A stretch of 64,000 nt of DNA from Chloroflexota bacterium (GTDB lineage: Bacteria > Chloroflexota > UBA6077 > CF-72), in assembly GCA_016191465.1 (NCBI GenBank), contig JACPOP010000020.1, forward strand, positions 11,888 through 75,887, read 5' to 3'. Under the pieces are notes generated by a model. The model did no database searches and had not been told where the DNA came from. It worked only from the letters and a program-made list of their open reading frames with translations. Below, in pieces: positions 55,588 through 64,000 of this stretch. Position 1 is the stretch's first letter. Every line of letters starts with the position of its first letter. The position numbers and the translations under genes were made by a program.

Positions 55588-57740
55588 TGCCCACGCGAGA
55601 GATCACCTGGAACGTCGGCGCCTTCGCCATCGCGGCCATGTACGCGCTCGTGGTGGTTCAGGCGCTGATCCTGGGGTACGGCGCCACGAAGCGGTACGCC
55701 ATGTGGCGCAGCGGCAGGCCGCACGGACCCATCGATCGGGTCGGCGAACGGCTGCGGGCAACGCTCGGGGTGATGTTCCTGCACCGCCGGCTCATCCGTA
55801 AGGGCTACGTGTACGCGGGCGTGATGCACCTGTTCATTTTCTGGGGCTTCATCATGCTCTTCGTCGGCACGCTCATCGTGCTGCTCGAAGCGGACATCGT
55901 GCGGCCATTCTTTGGCACGAGCTTCTATTACGGCACCTTTTACGTCGTCTACAAGATCGTCATCAACTTCTTTGGACTGATTTTCATCATCGGCCTGCTC
56001 ATGGCGCTCTTCCGGCGTTATGTGCAGGTGCCGATCAAGTTCCGAAAGAGCCTCAGCGATGACGCTATCGTGCTCGGCCTCCTCCTGTTGCTGGGCGTCA
56101 CCGGGTTTCTGCTGCAGGCGCTTCGCCTGGCGGCGACGGACGATCCGAATGCCGCCATCCACTGGGTTTCCTATCCGCTTGTGCTGGCCCTCTCGGGCGT
56201 TGACCGGGGGGTGCTCCGGGCTGCCCATGGTGGCATGTGGTGGTTCCACATGCTGTCCAACACGGCGCTGATCGCCTACATCCCGGTCTCGAAGCTGTTC
56301 CACATGTTCACGGGCCCCGCCAACGTGTTCACGCGCTCCGGGGAGCCCAAGGGCGCCCTGGCGCCGATCCTGAATATCGAACAGCAGGAGCACTTCGGCG
56401 TTTCCAAAGTCCAGGACTTCAACTGGAAGCAGCTCCTCAACTACGACGCCTGCATGCGCTGCGGGCGCTGTCTGGACTTCTGCCCCACCTTCGCCACGGG
56501 TAAGCCCCTCAAGCCACGGCAGCTCGTGGTCGAGATTGGGGCGCACGTGGCGAAGCAGGAAGGCATGCTCGCCGGGCCGGCAGGCCCCAATCCGGCGGAG
56601 GCTGGCGTACGCGGGTACGACCCACAGACCAGCGCCGCCGGCGCCGAGGACCGCCGGACGGCCGTCATGCTCCCCATAGCGGCGCAGCTCATTGGGGACG
56701 TGGTCTCCGAGGACGAAATCTGGGACTGCACGACCTGCCGAGCCTGTATGGAGCAGTGCCCCGTGCTCATCGAGCACGTGCCGCTGATCGTGGAGCTGCG
56801 CCGCAACCTGGTGCTGGAGGAGAGCCGCTTCCCCCAGGACGTGCAGCTCCTGTTCAACAACCTGGAGCGCAACTCGAACCCGTACTCGTTCCCCGCCAGC
56901 ACGCGGGGAGATTGGGCGCACGGACTGGGCGTGCGGGAGCTCGCGGAAGTTGAGGACCCTTCCACGCTGGAAATCGTCTACTGGGTCGGCTGCATGTCCT
57001 CGTTCGATGGGCGCACGCAGAAAATCAGCACGGCGATGGTGAAAATCCTGCAGGCCGCCGGGGTGGAGTTTGCCATTCTGGGACGCGAGGAAGGGTGCTC
57101 GGGCGATCCCGCGCGCCGAACGGGGAACGAGTACCTGTACCAGATCCTGGCGCAGCAGAACATCGAGCGGCTCCAGGCGTACCAGGCGAAGCGGATCGTG
57201 GCCTCCTGCCCTCACTGCTTCAACACCCTGCTGAACGAGTACCCCCAGTTCGGCGGCACGTTTGAGGTCATTCACCACACCACCTACATCGAGAAGCTCG
57301 TCACGTCTGGCCGATTGAAGGTGCCGGCAGCGAGTGGTCCCGATGCCAACCCGAACCTCGCGTACCACGATCCCTGCTACCTCGGTCGCTACAACGACAT
57401 CTACGATGCGCCCCGCAACCTGTTGAAGATGGCCGAAGGCGGCTTTGTCGAGATGCCGCGCCACCGGGAGCGCGGGTTCTGCTGTGGTGCCGGCGGCGGT
57501 CGCGCCTTCATGGAAGAGAAGCGTGGGACGCGGATCAGCCACAATCGATTGAACGAGGCCCTGGACACCGGCGCCGAGGGCGTGGTGGCCGGCTGCCCGT
57601 TCTGTGTGACCATGTTCGAAGATGGCATCCGCGCGCTGGGCGCCGAGGAGCGCTTCCAGGTCAAGGACATTGCCGAGGTGATCGCCCAGAAGCTAGACGC
57701 CGCGAGCCAGCCGCCCACGACCCCCATTACCACCACCTAA
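55587..57740 (+). CDS. Membrane-anchored Fe-S oxidoreductase (NarI/DsrM-like b-type membrane domain, 2x[4Fe-4S] ferredoxin domain and two CCG domains); HdrD/GlpC/EtfD-like
   Basis: About 6 N-terminal TM helices; CMRCGRCLDFCP and CTTCRACMEQCP; CCG motifs (GCMSSF...ASCPHC and DPCYLGR...FCCGAGGG...GCPFC). Confidence 0.85.
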   Translation: MPTREITWNVGAFAIAAMYALVVVQALILGYGATKRYAMWRSGRPHGPIDRVGERLRATLGVMFLHRRLIRKGYVYAGVMHLFIFWGFIMLFVGTLIVLLEADIVRPFFGTSFYYGTFYVVYKIVINFFGLIFIIGLLMALFRRYVQVPIKFRKSLSDDAIVLGLLLLLGVTGFLLQALRLAATDDPNAAIHWVSYPLVLALSGVDRGVLRAAHGGMWWFHMLSNTALIAYIPVSKLFHMFTGPANVFTRSGEPKGALAPILNIEQQEHFGVSKVQDFNWKQLLNYDACMRCGRCLDFCPTFATGKPLKPRQLVVEIGAHVAKQEGMLAGPAGPNPAEAGVRGYDPQTSAAGAEDRRTAVMLPIAAQLIGDVVSEDEIWDCTTCRACMEQCPVLIEHVPLIVELRRNLVLEESRFPQDVQLLFNNLERNSNPYSFPASTRGDWAHGLGVRELAEVEDPSTLEIVYWVGCMSSFDGRTQKISTAMVKILQAAGVEFAILGREEGCSGDPARRTGNEYLYQILAQQNIERLQAYQAKRIVASCPHCFNTLLNEYPQFGGTFEVIHHTTYIEKLVTSGRLKVPAASGPDANPNLAYHDPCYLGRYNDIYDAPRNLLKMAEGGFVEMPRHRERGFCCGAGGGRAFMEEKRGTRISHNRLNEALDTGAEGVVAGCPFCVTMFEDGIRALGAEERFQVKDIAEVIAQKLDAASQPPTTPITTT

Positions 57741-57813
57741 AAGACTGGCAGCGTAGCCCGAACCCGCCGGCCGCGCCCGTCTTCAAGCGTTACCAAGGAG
57801 GCTTCGTTCACCG

Positions 57814-58602
57814 TTGGACATCGTGGTCACCATCAAGCAGGTTCCCGATCCAGACATTCCGCCGCACCACTTCAAGGTGGACGAGGCGAACAAGCGCATC
57901 GTGGGACCGCCCGGTGTGGCACCCGTCATGAACGGCTACGACGCCAACGCGCTGGAAGAGGCGCTGCGCATCCGCGAGAAGCAGGGCGGCAAAGTGACGG
58001 TCGTAACCCTCGGTCCTGACGGCGCTCGCGACACGCTCAAGCGCGCCATCGCCATGGGTGCCGACGCCGCGGTTCATGTCAACGACGCCGCGCTCCTCGA
58101 CAGGGGCTCCTCACTGACGGCACGGGTTCTCGCCGCCGCCATTCAGAAGATCGGGCCGTTTGACCTCGTGCTGTCCGGCCGGCAAGCATCTGACACCGAT
58201 GCTGGCCTGACCCACATCCTGGTGGCGGAAGCGCTGGGGGTCCCGGCCGTTTCTCCGGTCTCCAAGCTCGAAAGTGTTGACGCCGAAAGCGCCGTGGCGC
58301 GCCGCGCGGTAGACGATGGCTACCAGCGCATCAAAGTGCGGCTTCCAGCGCTGCTGGGCGTCTCCTCTGAGCTGAACGAGCCCCGTTATCCGCCGCTCAA
58401 GGGGATCATGGCCGCAGGCCGGGCCCAGATCCCCGTGTGGAGCGCCATGGACCTGAATATCACGGACCTGGAGCCACGGGTGGAGCTGCGGCGACTTTAC
58501 CAGGAGACCCGCGAGGCCCGTGTGGAGCTCATCGAAGCAGATAGCCCTGCTGAAGCAGGTACGAAATTGGCCGACAAGCTGCGCGAAGCGGGATTGGTGT
58601 AG
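57814..58602 (+). CDS. etfB: Electron transfer flavoprotein beta subunit
   Basis: MDIVVTIKQVPD..., VVTLGP..., LVLSGRQASDTDAG. TTG start downstream of AGGAGG. Confidence 0.9.
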   Translation: MDIVVTIKQVPDPDIPPHHFKVDEANKRIVGPPGVAPVMNGYDANALEEALRIREKQGGKVTVVTLGPDGARDTLKRAIAMGADAAVHVNDAALLDRGSSLTARVLAAAIQKIGPFDLVLSGRQASDTDAGLTHILVAEALGVPAVSPVSKLESVDAESAVARRAVDDGYQRIKVRLPALLGVSSELNEPRYPPLKGIMAAGRAQIPVWSAMDLNITDLEPRVELRRLYQETREARVELIEADSPAEAGTKLADKLREAGLV

Positions 58603-58604
58603 CC

Positions 58605-59582
58605 ATGGCAGGAGTTTTGATCGTCGCGGAGGCCGTATCCGGGGCTCTGGCGCCGTCCACGCTGGAGCTCGCGGGGGAAGGCCGCCGCGTGGCCGAGGCG
58701 CTCGGCGAACCGCTCATCGCGGCCATCGCCGGAACCAACGTCCGGGGAAACGAAGCCGCGCTCGGCGAAGCCGGCGTCGAGCAGGTGTACCTTGCCGACC
58801 ACTCGGGGCCTGGAGTGCCGTCGCCAGAGTGGACCGCCGCGGCCGTCGTGGCAGCGGTCAAACAGGCGCAGCCGAGCGTCGTGCTCATCTCGCACTCTGC
58901 TGCTGGCCGCATGCTTGCACCAACCCTCGCCGCACGGGTCCAATCCGGCGTCGTCACGGACGCCACACGGCTGCGGGTCGAGGGCGACAGGGTGATCGTG
59001 ACAAAGCCGGTCTTTGGCGGCTCGGTGCTCTCCGAGCAGGTCGTGCTCGCGAATCCGCAGGTCGTGACGCTGCGCGCCCGGAGCTTCGCTGCCGCCGAGC
59101 CGCAACCGCGCAACGCGGCTCAGTCCATCGCTCTGCAGGTGCCCGAGGCCGCTGGTGGTCTGGAAGTGCTGGAGGAGATCCGCGAGGAGTCGACCAGCGG
59201 TCCCAAGCTCAAGGATGCCAAGGTCGTGGTCTCGGGCGGGCGCGGCCTGGGTGGTGCCGAGAACTGGCATGCCGTCGAGGAGCTGGCGGCGGTGCTGGGC
59301 GGGGCGGTCGGCGCCTCGCGCGCCGTCACGGATGCCGGCTGGATCTCGCCCTCACACCAGGTGGGGCTCACCGGAGCCACGGTGGCGCCGGACCTCTACA
59401 TTGCCATCGGTATCAGTGGTGCCGTGCAACACGTCGCCGGCATCTCGGGAGCGCGCAACGTGGTAGCCATCAATAAGGACGCGGAAGCCAACATTTTCAA
59501 ATATGCCCGTTTTGGTGTCGTGGGAGATTGGAAACAGGTCGTTCCAGCCCTCACGGAACGACTGAAACAACTGCGAAGTTGA
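58605..59582 (+). CDS. etfA: Electron transfer flavoprotein alpha subunit
   Basis: VVSGGRG..., GASRAVTDAGW...QVGLTG..VAPDLYIAIGISGAVQH signature. It starts 2 nt after the etfB stop. Confidence 0.9.
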   Translation: MAGVLIVAEAVSGALAPSTLELAGEGRRVAEALGEPLIAAIAGTNVRGNEAALGEAGVEQVYLADHSGPGVPSPEWTAAAVVAAVKQAQPSVVLISHSAAGRMLAPTLAARVQSGVVTDATRLRVEGDRVIVTKPVFGGSVLSEQVVLANPQVVTLRARSFAAAEPQPRNAAQSIALQVPEAAGGLEVLEEIREESTSGPKLKDAKVVVSGGRGLGGAENWHAVEELAAVLGGAVGASRAVTDAGWISPSHQVGLTGATVAPDLYIAIGISGAVQHVAGISGARNVVAINKDAEANIFKYARFGVVGDWKQVVPALTERLKQLRS

Positions 59583-59613
59583 ACGGGCCGGGACCGAACG
59601 GCTTGCCCGGATC

Positions 59614-60288
59614 ATGCCCGGCGGATTACAACGCCGCCACGGCTTTCCGGCCGCATCCGTGATGTCTGCTGCCTACAACCCCCGCCGACACTCCGCGCGA
59701 CCCATTGCGCGAGCCTCCTCCGCCAACCAGTCCGAGCGGGTGGTTCCGTTCCGCCGCGGGCGTAGCGACGCACTGCCACCAGAACCTGGTGACCAGGCGC
59801 CCGCGCGGGTACGGCGGACCGCCACACCGGCGGACGAGCCCACGCCAGCGCGCCGACGGCGCGCTCGGCGCCCGCGCGGCCACTGGATCGAGCGCAACGC
59901 CGTCACCCTGACGGTTGCCTTCGCGCTAGTGGCCATGCTCTCTGTCGCTTTCGCCCTGGCGCAGATGGTGACCCGCCAGGACACACCCGAAGCCGTTGCA
60001 CGGCCCGTGGCCACGGAGCAAGGCGCGGCACTCAGCGCACTCCCGGCGAGCACCGCACCCCCCGCCGTTGCGGCTTCTCCTGCCTCACCACCCAGCTCGG
60101 CCGTGCGCGAGATCCGGGCCACCGTGCGTGAGCTCGAAGCGGCGTATACGGTGCAGCCGGGGGATTCCCTGGGAGCCATCGCAGCCCGCTTCAACACCAC
60201 CGTCTCGCGGCTCCAGGCAATCAACAACCTGGCCGATCCGCGGATCCTGAACGTCGGGCAGAAGCTCGTCGTTCCCCCGCCGCTCTGA
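59614..60288 (+). CDS. Membrane-anchored LysM-domain protein
   Basis: Basic N-terminus, one TM (VTLTVAFALVAMLSVAFALAQMV), and a C-terminal LysM (YTVQPGDSLGAIAARFNTTVSRLQAINNL...GQKLVVP). Confidence 0.7.
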   Translation: MPGGLQRRHGFPAASVMSAAYNPRRHSARPIARASSANQSERVVPFRRGRSDALPPEPGDQAPARVRRTATPADEPTPARRRRARRPRGHWIERNAVTLTVAFALVAMLSVAFALAQMVTRQDTPEAVARPVATEQGAALSALPASTAPPAVAASPASPPSSAVREIRATVRELEAAYTVQPGDSLGAIAARFNTTVSRLQAINNLADPRILNVGQKLVVPPPL

Positions 60289-60455
60289 CCCCGCGCCCCC
60301 GAGCGCCCCGCGGCCAACGGCAGCCCCAGGGGCGCCGGGCTCGTACGGCCAGGGCCGCGCCCAGGCCGCTGAACCGCCCTCGCTGGCCGTTCGCCCTGCT
60401 GGCGCTCATCATCGCGGCGGCTGGTCTGGCGCTTGGCGGCGGCCTCGAGGGCCTT

Positions 60456-61274
60456 GTGAGCAGAATTTTGCCGCGGCCCTCGGCCGGCAGTTTCACGCTG
60501 GTCCAGGAGCGCCCAGACGCCCGGCTCGCGGAGGCGGTCCGTTCCGCGCTTGGCGCCGACGCGGCGAACGCTTCCGTTGCCATCGTGGACCTGCGGACCG
60601 GCGCCGCCACCGAGTGGAACGCCAACCTCTCCATGCCGGCGGCGAGCTTGTTCAAGCTACCGCTCCTGGCTGCCGTTCTCGATCGCTTCCGCACCGGGGC
60701 GCTGCGGCCCGAGCAGAAGTTGACCATCCTGCAATCGCAGTGGACCGATGGTGCGGGCGTGTTGCAGGCCCGCGTCGGAGATCAGCTCAGCGTCGAGGAG
60801 TTGCTTCGGTTCATGATCCAGGACAGCGACAACATTGCCGCCCGGGTGCTCCTGGACGAGGTGGGCGCCGACCGAGTGAACGCGCTCGCCGGCTCCATGG
60901 GCCTCACGGCGACACGTCTCGCGGACCGGGAGTCGGGCGAAGGCGGTGACCACCTCACCTCCGCGCGCGATGTGCGGACGCTGCTCGAACGACTCGCGCA
61001 GGGACAGGTCGGTGACGCGGCACAGTCGGAGCGGGGGCTCCGTCTGCTGGAGCTGCCGCAGGCGCAGCAATGGCTCGCCACCGATCTGCCTGGCTGGGCA
61101 CGGGTGGCGCACAAGTGGGGCGCCGTGTCTGGTTACCAGCACGATGCGGGCGTGGTGAGCACTCCACGAAGCACCTTTGCCGTCGTCGTCATGACTCGCG
61201 GCCTGCCCCCGGGGCAGGCCGCCAGCGCCATCGCCCGGGTCGGACGCGCGGCCTTCGATACGCTTGCACGCTGA
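60456..61274 (+). CDS. Class-A beta-lactamase-related serine hydrolase (5' end probably extends upstream)
   Basis: SxxK (ASLFK), SDN (QDSDN), and a KxG-like HKWG. An in-frame TM segment (RWPFALLALIIAAAGLALGGGL) lies upstream of the GTG at 60456, with only a CTG (60369) available as a start. Confidence 0.75.
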   Translation: MSRILPRPSAGSFTLVQERPDARLAEAVRSALGADAANASVAIVDLRTGAATEWNANLSMPAASLFKLPLLAAVLDRFRTGALRPEQKLTILQSQWTDGAGVLQARVGDQLSVEELLRFMIQDSDNIAARVLLDEVGADRVNALAGSMGLTATRLADRESGEGGDHLTSARDVRTLLERLAQGQVGDAAQSERGLRLLELPQAQQWLATDLPGWARVAHKWGAVSGYQHDAGVVSTPRSTFAVVVMTRGLPPGQAASAIARVGRAAFDTLAR

Positions 61275-61324
61275 GCGCCAGGCACTCCGCTGGCCTGGCA
61301 CTTGCCACGGCTCCCGCAACGGAG

Positions 61325-62644
61325 ATGTCCACGGGTGAGAGCGAGCCGCCGTTCCTGGCCTTCCCGCCCGGGTTTTTCTGGGGCGCGGCGGTTTCCGCCC
61401 ATCAGACGGAAGGCGAAAACACGAGCTCCGACTGGTGGGCCGCCGAGCAGGCAGGCACCGTCCCTCACTGCTCCGGCCGCGCCTGTGACTCCTGGAACCG
61501 CTGGCCCGACGACGTGGCGAGTGCCCGCGACCTGAACCTGAGTGCCCTGCGGCTCTCAGTGGAGTGGGCGCGCATCGAGCCCGAGCCGGGGTGCTTCAGC
61601 CAGCCGGCGCTTGACCACTACCGCCGCGTCATCGAGTGCGTGCGCAAGGCAGGTCTAGAGCCCATCGTGACCCTCCATCACACCACCAACCCGCTGTGGC
61701 TGGCCGAGCGCGGGGCGTGGACGTCGTCCGAGGTGGTGCCTCGGTTCGCGGAGTACGCAGACCGCGTCGGCCGCGCGTTGGGGGATCTCGTGGAATGGTG
61801 GGTCACCATCAACGAGCCAACCGTCTCCGGCATATTTGGCTACCTCACCGGCCTGTGGCCGCCACATCGTCACAACGCCTGGGGGCTGTACCTCCGTCAT
61901 GCCTCCCACTGCCTGCGCGGGCATGCCGCCGCGCGCGCGGCGCTTCGAGGTCGCCACGGGCACGCGCGCGCTAGCATGGCGCTGCACATCAACCCGCTCG
62001 ATCCCCTGAACCAGCGCGATCCAACGGACTGGGCCGCCGTCCGCATTTATGACTGGCTGTGGCAGGGGCTGTTCCTGCAACTGGCGGCGCCACACCTCGA
62101 TTGGGTAGGCATCAACTACTACTTCCGACTCCTGGTGCGATGGGACCTGCTGCCCTGGAGCCTCTTTGCTCCGCCGCACATGGGTACCGGGGAGAAGACC
62201 GAGTTCAACTGGGAAATCTACCCCGAAGGCCTGTACAGGGTGCTTCAGCGCGTTGGCCGGCTCCACAAGCCGGTGATCATCACCGAGAACGGCATCGCCG
62301 ATGCCGACGACGATCAGCGCCCACGCTACATCGTCGAACACCTGCGCCAGGCGCACCGGGCCATTCGCGATGGCGTGGACCTGCGCGGCTACGTGCACTG
62401 GAGCCTGCTGGACAACTTCGAGTGGGCCGAGGGCTACACGAAGCGATTCGGGCTGCTCAGCGTGGACTTTGCCACGCAGGTTCGTACCCCGCGGCCCAGC
62501 GCGCGGATCTACGCCTCGATTGCCCGCGCCAACGGACTCGGTGGGCAAATCGTCCGGCGGGCCCACGAACGTTCAACAGGTGACTATCCTCCGGGCGGGC
62601 AGGGGGCGGTTGTCACAACCGTCGGCAGCCCCGGCGAGGGGTGA
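61325..62644 (+). CDS. GH1 beta-glucosidase
   Basis: FFWGAAVSAHQTEG, acid/base TINEP, nucleophile ITENG, WSLLDNFEW. The start is trimmed to the ATG at 61325. Confidence 0.9.
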   Translation: MSTGESEPPFLAFPPGFFWGAAVSAHQTEGENTSSDWWAAEQAGTVPHCSGRACDSWNRWPDDVASARDLNLSALRLSVEWARIEPEPGCFSQPALDHYRRVIECVRKAGLEPIVTLHHTTNPLWLAERGAWTSSEVVPRFAEYADRVGRALGDLVEWWVTINEPTVSGIFGYLTGLWPPHRHNAWGLYLRHASHCLRGHAAARAALRGRHGHARASMALHINPLDPLNQRDPTDWAAVRIYDWLWQGLFLQLAAPHLDWVGINYYFRLLVRWDLLPWSLFAPPHMGTGEKTEFNWEIYPEGLYRVLQRVGRLHKPVIITENGIADADDDQRPRYIVEHLRQAHRAIRDGVDLRGYVHWSLLDNFEWAEGYTKRFGLLSVDFATQVRTPRPSARIYASIARANGLGGQIVRRAHERSTGDYPPGGQGAVVTTVGSPGEG

Positions 62645-62756
62645 CCTCTGACGGGCGGGACTGGCTCAGCGGCATGCCCATGGTGTGCCGGCAGCGGTCA
62701 AAGCCGGTCGACTGACCGCGTGCCGAACGAAAGCCGACGCCCTGCCCGCGGCCCTG

Positions 62757-63467
62757 CTACGTCGATGCGGACACAGCCTCGGGGGGTGCAAGGAGGCGCT
62801 GGAAAGCGTCCTCGACCAGAAGCTCCGTCAGCGAGTCGACGGTCCAGAACGCCGGGAGCTCGTAGCCGTGGGTGTAGCGGGTCCGGACGGCCACCGGGCG
62901 CATGCCGGCACGCAGCGCTGCTTCCACGCCGGCCGGCGCGTCCTCGATGACGAGGCAGGCTGCCGGGTCCACGCCGATCATGGCCGCGGCGGTGAGGAAG
63001 ACCTCCGGGTCGGGCTTGCCCCTGGCGACCTCGTCCGCCGAGACGGTCGCGTCGAAAGCCTCCGCGAGACCGATGCCGCGCAGCGTGGCATCCACCCAGG
63101 CGCGAGTGGACATGGAGGCGAGCGCGATACGGCAGCCCTCGCTCCGGAAGCGAGCGATCAAGTCGACCGCCCCCGGCCGCGGATCGAGCGCCCGTTGCAG
63201 GAGCTCGAGGACGGCGCCAGCGTAGCGGCCCAGAAACTCCTGGCCCTCACACGTCAAAGGGTCGTGGTCCAGCAGCCAGCGCCAGTTGTCATCGGGCGAC
63301 TGGCCGAGCGTGCCGGCGTAAATCTCAGGGGTTAACCGGTGGCCGTAGGCGGCCAGAGTCTCGGAAAGCGCCTGTTCGTGGATGGGCTCGCTGTCGACCA
63401 GGACGCCGTCCATGTCGAAGATGACGCCGCGGATCAGCCGGGCTTGCAGAATCGAATGGGCGATCAT
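62757..63467 (-). CDS. HAD-superfamily hydrolase (beta-phosphoglucomutase/phosphatase subfamily IA)
   Basis: Motif I FDMDGVLVDSE, and later S/T, K and ED motifs (VIEDAPAG). Confidence 0.85.
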   Translation of the reverse strand: MIAHSILQARLIRGVIFDMDGVLVDSEPIHEQALSETLAAYGHRLTPEIYAGTLGQSPDDNWRWLLDHDPLTCEGQEFLGRYAGAVLELLQRALDPRPGAVDLIARFRSEGCRIALASMSTRAWVDATLRGIGLAEAFDATVSADEVARGKPDPEVFLTAAAMIGVDPAACLVIEDAPAGVEAALRAGMRPVAVRTRYTHGYELPAFWTVDSLTELLVEDAFQRLLAPPEAVSAST

Positions 63468-63694
63468 ATTTGCGCAGATTCTAGGATCGTCCCGCAGCCC
63501 GCAAGGCCGAGGGCGACTTTGCGTGAGGGGTTCGGGTAGTCCAGCTCAGCGCCAGGGGCCAGACTGTGGACCAGCGCCCGGCGGTCGCGCCGCAGTGCAG
63601 CGCAGATCAGGCTCCGGCAGGTGCGGCGATGCCTCGCACTCGGCTGGCGTACAGTGGACGGCCCGATGCACGAAGCGGCTGGACAGGCGTGGCA

Positions 63695-64000
63695 ATGCGC
63701 GCGGTGATCATCGAACGGCCCGGATCGTTCCGAGTGGATGAGGTATCCGAGCCCCAGGCCGGGCCGGGCGAGCTGCTCCTGCAGGTCGGTGCCTGCGGGA
63801 TCTGTGGCACGGATCTTCACATCCTGGCAGGCGAGTTCCCTCTGGCGCGCTACCCCTCGATTCCAGGCCATGAGTTCGCCGGCTCGGTCCTCACCGTGGG
63901 TGAGGGTGTGCTGGGGTTCCGAGAGGGCGACCGGGTGGGCGTCAACCCGTCGGTCTTCTGCGGCATCTGTCGCTTCTGTCGGTACGGTCGCGCCAACCTC
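63695..64000 (+). CDS. Zn-dependent medium-chain alcohol/threonine dehydrogenase, 5' partial (runs off the window)
   Basis: Own translation from the ATG at 63695: MRAVIIERPG...GACGICGTDLH...PGHEFAG...CGICRFCRYGRANL. These are the catalytic and structural Zn motifs. Confidence 0.8.
   Translation, partial: MRAVIIERPGSFRVDEVSEPQAGPGELLLQVGACGICGTDLHILAGEFPLARYPSIPGHEFAGSVLTVGEGVLGFREGDRVGVNPSVFCGICRFCRYGRANL

Noticed and set aside
55062-57542. 826-aa minus-strand ORF
   Set aside because: It is antisense to the EtfD-like Fe-S oxidoreductase, whose Cys motifs are unambiguous. It has no recognisable domains and shows shadow-frame composition.
1-64000. Search by eye for rRNA, tRNA, tmRNA, RNase P and CRISPR repeats
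   Set aside because: Nothing resembling tRNA cloverleaf ends, rRNA conserved blocks or spaced direct repeats was seen. A covariance-model scan (tRNAscan-SE/Infernal) would be needed to exclude small RNAs.

Overview
This is a high-GC bacterial chromosomal window with about 60 supportable genes, densely packed, and with many 1-4 nt start/stop overlaps. The lineage cannot be fixed from sequence alone; lipoproteins with long Ala/Pro tethers and the overall gene content fit a Chloroflexota/Thermomicrobia-like or actinobacterial organism. Because of the GC content, the six-frame track contains many long Arg/Pro/Gly-rich shadow ORFs. I called only ORFs with recognisable family motifs and trimmed starts where the longest ORF ran into a neighbouring gene.

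Gene content, left to right:
- sorAB-like sulfite dehydrogenase.
- An FMN_bind gene interrupted by a C21 homopolymer, next to an RnfD/NqrB-like membrane protein.
- A roughly 23-kb hydrolase-rich catabolic island (5.7-28.8 kb). It holds an M24 creatinase-like gene, a PEP-utilising protein, CocE/NonD, SDR, amidohydrolase_2, two isochorismatase-like genes, livKHMGF-type ABC genes, two alpha/beta hydrolases, an FAD oxidoreductase, a split ComD/ComE-like TPP decarboxylase, an orphan binding protein, an EamA exporter and a GAF-PucR regulator.
- Secreted NHL and RCC1 beta-propeller proteins.
- Housekeeping genes: dac-like carboxypeptidase, ilvA, lepA, two GT2 glycosyltransferases and folC.
- A decayed IS66-family transposase.
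- An arsR/SRPBCC pair, a class-III aminotransferase and an M16 peptidase pair.
- An EtfD-like membrane Fe-S oxidoreductase followed by etfBA.
- LysM, beta-lactamase-like, GH1, HAD and a partial Zn-ADH gene.

No rRNA, tRNA or CRISPR array was recognised.

The most unusual signal is non-coding. A family of intergenic hairpin modules (GTCATCCTGAGCGSAGCGAAGGATCC and an inverted partner) is associated with 7-nt periodic microsatellites. There are three copies. Two bracket the RCC1 gene in direct orientation. The third is a roughly 210-nt cruciform-capable element just upstream of the aminotransferase gene, with 7x CTTGGAA plus 3x CTCGGAG on one arm and the inverted heptamer array on the other.
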